From the NCBI GenBank assembly GCA_948473335.1, contig CAOKXF010000007.1:36338-100337 (forward strand): a stretch of 64,000 nt of DNA, written 5' to 3'. This document shows positions 19,435 through 29,007 of the stretch, piece after piece. Position 1 is the stretch's first letter. Every line of letters begins with the position of its first letter. The notes beneath the pieces were generated by a model, which worked only from the letters and a program-made list of their open reading frames with translations, searched no databases and was not told where the DNA came from. Source of the DNA: an uncultured Clostridium sp. (GTDB lineage: Bacteria > Bacillota > Clostridia > TANB77 > CAG-508). The translations under genes and the position numbers were made by a program.

Positions 19435-19649
19435 CTCAACTTTCCTAAAAATTGAAAGAAAAAATTATAATTTCCCCAAAAGAATGAATTAAATGTAAAA
19501 TTTGAAAGTAATTTGTAGATATTATATAGTAACCACGATTATAAATCAATAGCAAAAAATAAATATTTAAAAATTTTCTGAATATAATTACAAAAAGAAA
19601 ACAAAATTAAAATAAAAGAATAAATAATAATCTAAAGGAGGAAGTTTTA

Positions 19650-20783
19650 TTGAAAATAAGATATTTTGATAATGCGGCAACTACAAAAGTAAAAGAAGAT
19701 ATTTTAATAGAAATGTTTCCATATTTTATGGAGTCATATGGAAATCCATCATCAATGTATAGTTTAGGTAGAAGAAATAAAAGAGCAATAGAAGATGCAA
19801 GGAGTAAAGTTGCAAGTTTAATAGGATGTAATACGCATGAGATATACTTTACATCTGGAGGTTCAGAAAGTGATAATATGGCGATAAAAGGATTTGCATA
19901 TGCAAATCGAGAAAAGGGAAACCATATAATCACATCAAAAATTGAACATCATGCTGTATTAGAAACGTGTCAAAATTTAGAAAAACAGGGATTTGAAGTA
20001 ACATATCTGAACGTAAATCAAGATGGAAAGATAGACCTAGAGCAATTAATAAATAGTATAACAGATAAAACAATATTAATAAGTATAATGTTTGCAAATA
20101 ATGAAATTGGAACGGTACAAGAAATAGAGCAAATTTCTAAAATTGCTAAAAGCAAAAATATAGTTTTCCATACAGATGCAGTTCAGGCAGTAGGTAATAT
20201 TCCTATAGATGTAAGAAAACTGAACATAGATATGTTATCATTATCATCACATAAAATATATGGACCGAAGGGGATAGGAGCATTATATGTCAAAGAAGGA
20301 ATACAGTTGGATAAATTTATAAACGGTGGACATCAAGAAAGAAATTTTAGAGCTGGTACAGAAAATGTATCTGGAATGGTAGGATTAGGGGAAGCATGCA
20401 GAATTGCTGATAGGGAGTTGATAAATCATATTGATTATTTAAAAAGTCTAAGAGACTATTATATTAGTAGATTAACAGATGAAGTCAGTGATATAAAGAT
20501 TAATGGATCATTAACAGATAGATTACCAGGAAATATTAATGTATCATTTAAAGATATTGATGCATCAATTATGCTGATAAAATTAGATGAATTTGGAATA
20601 TGTGCTTCTGCTGGTTCAGCATGTAATACAGGGTCAGAAGAACCATCACATGTACTTACTGCAATTGGACTAGAACCATGTTATGCTAAAGGAGCTTTAC
20701 GAGTAACTTTTGGAGATGATAATACAAAAGAAGATGTAGATTATTTGATAGATTGCATAAAAAATATTAAAAAAAATTTTTAA
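19650..20783 (+). CDS. cysteine desulfurase (NifS/IscS class V aminotransferase)
   Basis: TTG start follows aaaggaggaagttttat. Motifs YFDNAATT, FTSGGSESDN, SSHKIYGPKG (PLP Lys) and SAGSACN (active-site Cys). Confidence 0.85.
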   Translation: MKIRYFDNAATTKVKEDILIEMFPYFMESYGNPSSMYSLGRRNKRAIEDARSKVASLIGCNTHEIYFTSGGSESDNMAIKGFAYANREKGNHIITSKIEHHAVLETCQNLEKQGFEVTYLNVNQDGKIDLEQLINSITDKTILISIMFANNEIGTVQEIEQISKIAKSKNIVFHTDAVQAVGNIPIDVRKLNIDMLSLSSHKIYGPKGIGALYVKEGIQLDKFINGGHQERNFRAGTENVSGMVGLGEACRIADRELINHIDYLKSLRDYYISRLTDEVSDIKINGSLTDRLPGNINVSFKDIDASIMLIKLDEFGICASAGSACNTGSEEPSHVLTAIGLEPCYAKGALRVTFGDDNTKEDVDYLIDCIKNIKKNF

Positions 20784-20790
20784 AAAAGTA

Positions 20791-20819
20791 TTGACATTTT
20801 TTAAATTAACATTTATAAT
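20791..20819 (+). promoter_or_regulatory. sigma-A type promoter for the tRNA-Gly pair (TTGACA-17-TATAAT)
   Basis: Exact consensus hexamers at 20791-20796 and 20814-20819. Confidence 0.65.
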
Positions 20820-20840
20820 CTATAATTGTCAGGAAGAAAT

Positions 20841-20914
20841 GCAGGTGTAGTTCAATGGTAGAACCCTAGCCTTCCAAGCTAGCTACGTGGGTTCGATTCC
20901 CACTACCTGCTCCA
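20841..20914 (+). tRNA. tRNA-Gly (anticodon TCC), CCA encoded
   Basis: Acceptor GCAGGTG/CACCTGC, anticodon arm CTAGC-CTTCCAA-GCTAG, T-arm GTGGG TTCGATT CCCAC. Confidence 0.9.
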
Positions 20915-20940
20915 GCACTACATACATAACACAATCCTCA

Positions 20941-21045
20941 TAAGATAACTGTATAATACCCAAACTCCAAGCAGTTATCTTATCTACTTAACGAGATAAC
21001 TGCTTAAATACCCAAAACTCCAGGCAGTTATCTTGCCTACTTACT
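20941..21045 (+). repeat. two tandem ~51-nt hairpin units in the spacer between the tRNA-Gly copies
   Basis: AGATAACTG(20943)...CAGTTATCT(20980) and AGATAACTGC(20994)...GCAGTTATCT(21033). Both loops carry ATACCCAAA(A)CTCCA(A/G)G and both units end in CTACTTA. Confidence 0.8.
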
Positions 21046-21065
21046 AAACTTTCTGACAAATATAT

Positions 21066-21139
21066 GCAGGTGTAGTTCAATGGTAGAACCCTAGCCTTCC
21101 AAGCTAGCTACGTGGGTTCGATTCCCACTACCTGCTCCA
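21066..21139 (+). tRNA. tRNA-Gly (anticodon TCC), second copy
   Basis: 74/74 nt identical to 20841-20914. Confidence 0.9.
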
Positions 21140-21175
21140 TTAAGTAAAATCGTCGCACCAGACGAAAACATTGAT

Positions 21176-21203
21176 AAATCAACTGTAAAAGGTTGATTTT
21201 TTT
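21176..21203 (+). terminator. rho-independent terminator of the tRNA-Gly operon
   Basis: AAATCAAC-TGTAAAAG-GTTGATTT followed by TTTT. Confidence 0.7.
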
Positions 21204-21239
21204 AATGCCTTTATCTTGAACAAGGAAGGATGGTGTGGT

Positions 21240-21524
21240 ATGATTAGTATCGTTAAGAAGAAAAACAAGATTAAAAGAGAATTGCTCTCTAAAATTGAAT
21301 GGGCTTGCAGTTTGAATGCTATAAAACTTGAACATGAAATGATATTAGAAGGTTGTTTAAGAATTATAGAACATACAAACTTAGCGTATGTAGAACCACA
21401 TAGAGTAATTATTAAAGATAAGTTATTTTTATTCTTTAATGAATGTGATTACTTTTATGTGGGAGATTTAAGGTATAAATACCCTTTATCTCATTTAAAA
21501 GACTACATAGAAAGGCTACTTTAA
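21240..21524 (+). CDS. hypothetical protein, first gene of island module 1 (paralogue of 26630..26914)
   Basis: An ATG at 21240 or the TTG at 21216 could be the start. Shares the segment TNLAYVEPHRVII with TNLQFIEPTEYLI in the 94-aa ORF upstream of the second recombinase remnant. Confidence 0.5.
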   Translation: MISIVKKKNKIKRELLSKIEWACSLNAIKLEHEMILEGCLRIIEHTNLAYVEPHRVIIKDKLFLFFNECDYFYVGDLRYKYPLSHLKDYIERLL

Positions 21525-21558
21525 TTTTAGAGTTTTTTTGTGCTTAAAATTTATTTAA

Positions 21559-23390
<1,832 letters not shown>

Positions 23391-23619
23391 AAAAGTTAGA
23401 GGAAAAATTCAAGCTAAATATAATTTTTGTACTCCTATATATTTCCTAACAAGCACTGAATTTTTCCTCCCTAGTCAAAATCCGAAATTTGGGACTAAGT
23501 CCCAAGCCCTTTATAAAATAATTTATAACTATTTTGTAAATTTAATGAAAAAATGGAAAAATTATGATATACTTAAATTCGTCAGACGGTGTCTGACGAA
23601 TTTGAAAGGATGATAAATT

Positions 23620-24666
23620 ATGGACAATATGTTAATAAATGGAATTGATGAAAATTTTTACAATAATATAAGAAATACTATATTAAAAGCAAGAATAAAC
23701 ATATATAAAAATATAAATTTTGAAATGGTAAAATCTGCTTGGGATGTTGGCAGACAAATTATAGAAGAAGAACAAAAGGGAAAACACAGAGCAGACTATG
23801 GAAAACAAATTTTGAAGCAATTATCTGAACGATTGACAAAAGAATTTGGAAAAGGTTATTCGCAAACTAATCTTAAAAATATGAAAATTTTTTATACAAT
23901 GTTTCAAAATTGTCAGACACTGTCTGACGAATTAAGTTGGAGTCATTATATTGAATTATCAAAAATAAAAGATGAAACTATGAGAAAATTTTATTATAAT
24001 GAGTGTATCAATTCAAGATGGTCTGTAAGAGAATTAGATAGACAAAAAGCATCTTTACTATTTGAACGATTAACACTTAGTAAAGAAAAAGATGAAGTTT
24101 TAGCAATTGCAAATAAAGGACACGAAATAACAAAACCAGATGATTTAGTAAAAGATCCAACTGTATTAGAATTTTTAGGATTAAAAGAAAATAAAAGATA
24201 TTTGGAAAAAGATTTAGAGAATGCGCTAATAGAACATTTACAGGAATTTCTACTAGAGCTAGGAAAAGGATTTTCTTTTGTAGCAAGACAACAAAGAATA
24301 AATTTAGGTGGAGAAAACTTTTATATAGATTTGGTATTTTATAATAGATTAGCAAAATGTTTTGTATTAATAGATTTGAAAACTGGAAGATTAACTCATC
24401 AAGATGTTGGACAAATGCAGATGTATGTAAATTATTATAAAAGAACTCAAATGGTAGAAGGAGAAAATGAGCCTATTGGAATATTGTTGTGTTCTGAGAA
24501 AAATGATGTTGTAGTAGAATTTACATTACCAGAAGGCAATAAAAATATATTTACATCAAAATATCAATTATACTTACCAACAGTAGAGGAATTGAAACAA
24601 ACAATTGAAGAAGAAAAGAAACAAATTGAAACTAATACAATTATAGACAAAAACGATAATATATGA
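23620..24666 (+). CDS. DUF1016/YhcG-family PDDEXK nuclease-like protein
   Basis: RADYGKQILKQLSERLTKEFGKGYSQTNLKNMKIFY, LSWSHYIEL, and a C-terminal IDLVFYNRLAKCFVLIDLKTG (D..(D/E)xK nuclease core). Confidence 0.75.
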   Translation: MDNMLINGIDENFYNNIRNTILKARINIYKNINFEMVKSAWDVGRQIIEEEQKGKHRADYGKQILKQLSERLTKEFGKGYSQTNLKNMKIFYTMFQNCQTLSDELSWSHYIELSKIKDETMRKFYYNECINSRWSVRELDRQKASLLFERLTLSKEKDEVLAIANKGHEITKPDDLVKDPTVLEFLGLKENKRYLEKDLENALIEHLQEFLLELGKGFSFVARQQRINLGGENFYIDLVFYNRLAKCFVLIDLKTGRLTHQDVGQMQMYVNYYKRTQMVEGENEPIGILLCSEKNDVVVEFTLPEGNKNIFTSKYQLYLPTVEELKQTIEEEKKQIETNTIIDKNDNI

Positions 24667-24836
24667 TAAAATATTTATGTAAATAAAAAAATGACGGATT
24701 GGAGGAATATAATGCTTAAATATCCAAGAACCATGCATGGTGGAGAATTATGGGCAAAAATAGAAGTACTTGAGAATGTTTCTACTCCTTTATTTATAAA
24801 ACAAAAAAATAATTAAATAAAGGAGATATATGTATT

Positions 24837-25265
24837 ATGAATTATGAAGATAAAAAAATTGTAGGAATTATAGCTAGTAATGTTGAGCCATCTGTTGCAC
24901 TTAATGTAATAGGACATCTTGCGATATCAATAGGTAAATATTCAGATAAGGAAATTATGGGAAAACCAATTATCACAGATAAGTCAGGTGTAAATCATTT
25001 AGGAATTAGTCAGTTCCCTTTTATTATAACAAAAGTAAAGGCTGGTAAACTTAAAAATGCAATAGATATAGCCAAAAATAATCCGAATTTATTAGTTGTA
25101 GATTATCCAAAAGATATGTTAGATACTAGAACTGATGATGAATTGGTAACTTCAATTAGTTCAAAAGAAAATGATAAATTGGAATATTTAGGTGCTATTA
25201 TATATGGAGATACTAAAGATGTAAATGAAATTACTGGTAAATTCCAATTATGGAGAATAGATTAG
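24837..25265 (+). CDS. DUF2000-family protein (PTH2-like fold)
   Basis: 142 aa. The pattern KIVGIIASNVEPSVALNVIGHLAISIG...GKPIITDKSG...FPFIITK...LEYLGAIIYG matches my recollection of DUF2000. Confidence 0.5.
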   Translation: MNYEDKKIVGIIASNVEPSVALNVIGHLAISIGKYSDKEIMGKPIITDKSGVNHLGISQFPFIITKVKAGKLKNAIDIAKNNPNLLVVDYPKDMLDTRTDDELVTSISSKENDKLEYLGAIIYGDTKDVNEITGKFQLWRID

Positions 25266-25292
25266 TATAATAACTTAAAAAATACTAATTAA

Positions 25293-25329
25293 AGGCAACT
25301 AGTTAAAAATAAATAGTTGCCTGTTTTTT
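25293..25329 (+). terminator. rho-independent terminator
   Basis: AGGCAACTA-(12 nt)-TAGTTGCCT followed by GTTTTTT. Confidence 0.7.
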
Positions 25330-25411
25330 GTTATATGGAATATGTATTTTATCAATGACTGAATTATTTTTAAATGAAAAATGCTAGTGAAAACTATCTA
25401 TATGCAGTTCT

Positions 25412-26251
25412 CTAATTATTTTTTTCATAAATCTGAATTAGATAATTTAAAAAAGCAGAACAAGACACTAGCATATATTTTGCTTCTTCAAATGTAGTAT
25501 TTTCATCAACACCATTATTGTGTCTAATACCGCTTTTATCAGAAGTATAACCATACAAAGAAATAAAAGCATTTTTCATTGCACTATGTATTTCAAATCC
25601 ATTTTTTTCTAGCCTTTTTAATGCCTCACCTAAAGTAGCATTATTTGTACCTAATATAATGTTGCATATAGCTTCAATTGCAGAAATAGATTCTTTAACT
25701 GAATTTGAATAATCAGGGTTATCTCTATTATAAAGCAAGTTTAATGCCTTATTTATGCTTTCGCTACAAGCAGAATATTTAGTATCTAATGCTTCTTCTA
25801 TTTCTTTTATTTCTTCATCATTAATTATATCAGTTATTTGCATATTAACAAATCTATATCCTACACATTCTATTTCAAATAATTCATTAAATATTCCTGT
25901 TAAATCTTGATAGAAAGATTTATTATACCATATAACAATTTCTTCAATAAAAGATAAAATATCATAATATTGCCAATCCTTCTTGATTCCATCAATTATG
26001 TTTTGCCTTTTATCACTATCATAATAAGGAATTTCATTTTTAGTAACGCAAAAGACTGTTTTGTATATATAATTATAAAATTCATCAAGTTTATATCCCT
26101 TATCGCAATTATCAATAATCACATCAATTATATTAATTATCTTATTCCTTGTTCGTTCATCTAAATTATCTTTTTGAATTATTGTATTGATGGGTTCTTT
26201 TTTAGTTCTATCAGAAAATCCACCTCTAACTCTTGGTTTTAATGATAACAT
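25412..26251 (-). CDS. AbiJ-like abortive-infection protein (AbiJ-NTD4-type N-domain + HEPN-like C-domain)
   Basis: ATG at 26251 (RBS aaggaaag) is preferred over the GTG at 26260. N-terminus GFSDRTKKEPINTIIQKDNLDERTRNKIINII. C-terminus LYGYTSDKSGIRHNNG...AKYMLVSCSAFLNYLI resembles the AbiJ HEPN region. Assignment is from memory of family patterns. Confidence 0.45.
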   Translation of the reverse strand: MLSLKPRVRGGFSDRTKKEPINTIIQKDNLDERTRNKIINIIDVIIDNCDKGYKLDEFYNYIYKTVFCVTKNEIPYYDSDKRQNIIDGIKKDWQYYDILSFIEEIVIWYNKSFYQDLTGIFNELFEIECVGYRFVNMQITDIINDEEIKEIEEALDTKYSACSESINKALNLLYNRDNPDYSNSVKESISAIEAICNIILGTNNATLGEALKRLEKNGFEIHSAMKNAFISLYGYTSDKSGIRHNNGVDENTTFEEAKYMLVSCSAFLNYLIQIYEKNN

Positions 26252-26629
26252 ACTTCTCACTTTCCTTACTTATTTTAATAAAACTAATTTTACTAAAAAT
26301 AATTATACTATAAAACTATCTAATTATAAATATTCTACCAAGAATTTATCTAAAAAATATCATAATTTATAGAATTTTAAGTAAGATAAATTAATAATAA
26401 AATGCTTTATATTTTTTTATTTATATGTTATACTAATTTCAACAGTTGATTAGCCAATTATTTTTTGAGCAAAATGTGGGAGGAACACTATGAGAAATAG
26501 GCATATTTTTCGCAAATAACCTCCTAAAACGCTCCAATTTATAGCAACTTACGAACTATCAAGTTTGTAGGTTGTTTTTTTTCATATCTATAATTAAAAT
26601 GTTCTCTTTCCAGAAAGGAGGGCATTTTT

Positions 26630-26914
26630 ATGTTTGATTTTGAAGTAATACAAGAACTAAAGCCAAATGATGAAATACTGGAAATTATTAAAAACTATTA
26701 TTATACAGTTAGAAATGGCAAAATTAAGCATTTAAAAGCTACTAATTTACAATTCATTGAACCAACTGAATATTTAATTACATATCCTACTACTCTTACT
26801 ATATTTGAATATAAAGTAAATGAAATAGCTAATAAGCCATTCTATATTAAAGAACATAAGCAAAAGTATAATCTTAAAGAAATAAAACAAATTCTTATAA
26901 AATTAAAAATTTAA
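26630..26914 (+). CDS. hypothetical protein, first gene of island module 2
   Basis: RBS is agaaaggagggcattttt ATG. Paralogous to 21240..21524 and in the same position relative to a serine recombinase gene. Confidence 0.5.
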   Translation: MFDFEVIQELKPNDEILEIIKNYYYTVRNGKIKHLKATNLQFIEPTEYLITYPTTLTIFEYKVNEIANKPFYIKEHKQKYNLKEIKQILIKLKI

Positions 26915-27087
26915 CTTTCTATTTTGCAGTTTTATAAAAAAAATTTTAAGTTTTTTCCTAAACTAGAGGTGCGAAAATGCTCTTTTCTGAGCAAACATAT
27001 GAGAGGATAAAAATTTTTAAAGTTTTTTTATAATTTTGGTATACAAGACTTTAGAAAATTCACAGGTAATGTAGGAGGTAATATTTT

Positions 27088-28073
27088 ATGAGATGTGGAG
27101 TTTATGTAAGAGTATCAACAGATGACCAATTATAGATATGGAAACATGGAACGCCACTAGAAAAGTTTTAGAGAAAAATAAACACTCAAATTACGGAGAG
27201 TATATTCATTTATTTAATGGTATTGTGAGATGTTCTACTTGTGGAAAAATATTATCTTCTACAAACTCTTTTAAATATAGTGGAACACTAAAAGAAAAAG
27301 TATATTATCATTTAACTTGCAAAAATTCTAATTGTAAATCAAAAGGGATACATTATAGTTCAGATAAAATTGAGGAAAAATTGTCGAGAGTTTTAAATGA
27401 ATTAACAAGGTATATGTATGATATAGATAATGAAATTATAGTATGTAATTCAACCAAAACAAAGGATATTAAAGATATAGAAAAAGCTATTGACAAGCTA
27501 AAAATGCAAGAGAAAAAATTAGTAGATTTATATTTAGATTCTACCTTAAATGTTGAAACTATTAACAATAAAAATGATAGTATCAAGAAAGAAATAGAAA
27601 ACTTAAATAAAAAAAGAAAGCAAATTGATTCTAATAATGACTTTAAAGAATATACAATAGAACTATTAAAAAAATTAGATTATTCTACTGAAAATGATGA
27701 ATTTATTTTCACAAACAAATTGAGTTTTTCATTTATTTTTGAGAGTTTAAATAGAAAATCAAAGAAAGAATTGATTAAAAGGTTAATAGATTGCATCGAA
27801 ATTAAAAGAGATAAAAACTACAATATTGAAATAACAAATATAAAATTCACAGAAGAATTTATATCAAAAAGTAGTACAGACTACATCAATTATTTATATG
27901 CAATACTGAAAAATAATAATGTTGGATTTCATTATAAAGAAGCAATTAACAAACAAGAATTAGAAAGATTACAAGAAGATTATTTTGTATTTTCTAATAC
28001 AAAAATTGCAAAAGCCTTGATATTAAAGAACAAATGTTTTAGAATATATAGAGTAAGAAAAGGATGTGAAGCT
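27088..28073 (+). pseudogene. large serine recombinase remnant with the catalytic and recombinase domains deleted
   Basis: MRCGVYVRVSTDDQL then a stop (27088-27135). From 27138 the sequence resumes at ETWNATRKVLEKNKHSNYGEYIHLFNGIVRCSTCGKIL. This aligns to [38 protein letters not shown] of the first recombinase, so about 240 codons are missing. The zinc-ribbon/coiled-coil tail then runs without a stop into the next gene. Confidence 0.7.
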
Positions 28074-28985
28074 ATGGAAGAAAATAAATTAACAATTCAA
28101 AATGAATTAACTAATGAAGATATAAAAAATTTAATATATACTATAAGAGGAAAACAAGTTATGTTAGATAGTGATGTAGCTATGTTGTATCATTATGAAA
28201 CTAAAAATGTAAATAAAGCGGTAAAAAGAAATATTGATAGATTTCCAGAAGATTTCTGTTTTCAGCTTACTAAGGATGAAATGGATAAAATGTGGTTCCA
28301 AAATGGAACCACATCAAAGGGAGAAAATAATAAATATAGAAGTGAAAAATATTTGCCTTATGCATTTACAGAGCAAGGAATAGCAATGCTATCAGGAGTA
28401 TTAAAAAACGATATTGCAATAGAAGTAAGTATAAATATTATGCGAGCATTTATAGAAATGAGAAAATTTATAAATACTAATAAAAATTTATTTGAAAAAG
28501 TAATTAACATTGAAAATAAAATGGACAAAAAATTCATTGAACAAGACAAGAAATTCGATATAATATTTGATCAATTGCAACTCGAAGAAAACATTAAACA
28601 AAGAATATTTTTTGATGGTCAAATATATCATGCATATAGCATAATAATAGATATTATTAAAAAAGCAAATAAAAAAATCTTAATTATAGACAATTATATT
28701 GATGATAGTGTTTTAAAAATGTTAGCTAAAAAGAAGAACAATGTAGAAGTTGTTATTTTAACATCTGACAAAAGTAATATTGAAAATTTAGATATAAAAA
28801 AATTCAATAAAGAATATCCTATTCTTAAAGTTGCTAAAACAAACAAATTTCATGATAGATTTATTGTAATAGATAATAAGGAAATGTATCATTTAGGTGC
28901 TTCAATAAAGGATTTGGACAAAAAGTGTTTTGCAATTAACAAAATAGAGGATGTGGAAATTATAAAAAAGATTATTAATTTGTAA
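28074..28985 (+). CDS. ORF6N-domain (KilA-N-related DNA-binding) protein
   Basis: The internal ATG at 28074 follows aaaaggatg. ORF6N signature: IYTIRGKQVMLDSDVAMLYHYETKNVNKAVKRNIDRFPEDFCFQLTKDE...YLPYAFTEQGIAMLSGVLKNDIAIEVSINIMRAF. The C-terminal HDRFIVID...YHLGASIKDL region is typical of this family. Confidence 0.7.
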   Translation: MEENKLTIQNELTNEDIKNLIYTIRGKQVMLDSDVAMLYHYETKNVNKAVKRNIDRFPEDFCFQLTKDEMDKMWFQNGTTSKGENNKYRSEKYLPYAFTEQGIAMLSGVLKNDIAIEVSINIMRAFIEMRKFINTNKNLFEKVINIENKMDKKFIEQDKKFDIIFDQLQLEENIKQRIFFDGQIYHAYSIIIDIIKKANKKILIIDNYIDDSVLKMLAKKKNNVEVVILTSDKSNIENLDIKKFNKEYPILKVAKTNKFHDRFIVIDNKEMYHLGASIKDLDKKCFAINKIEDVEIIKKIINL

Positions 28986-29007
28986 TAACAAAGAGACAAT
29001 ACTATAT

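Noticed and set aside
20841-21139. tRNA-Gly duplication as attL/attR-type target duplication generated by island integration.
   Set aside because: Both copies are complete, identical tRNA genes lying on the same side of the island, upstream of the operon terminator. Integrase-generated duplications usually cover only the tRNA 3' part and flank the element. The recombinases here are also serine-type, which do not create long direct repeats.
21108-21335. 75-aa minus-strand ORF overlapping tRNA-Gly copy 2.
   Set aside because: It overlaps the tRNA and its terminator and has no RBS.
24712-24816. 34-codon ORF with a good RBS beginning MLKYPRTMHGGELW. The YPRT.H motif recalls the N-terminus of RNA-ligase-family proteins.
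   Set aside because: It is too short, and the similarity rests on a 6-residue motif recalled from memory. At most it is a gene stump in the island, so I did not annotate it as a feature.
27138-28985. A single 615-aa protein, as suggested by the ORF track.
   Set aside because: The N-terminal half aligns only to the C-terminal part of the neighbouring serine recombinase, and a separate catalytic stub lies upstream. The C-terminal half is a complete ORF6N protein with its own RBS and ATG at 28074. It is best read as a pseudogene remnant plus an intact gene.
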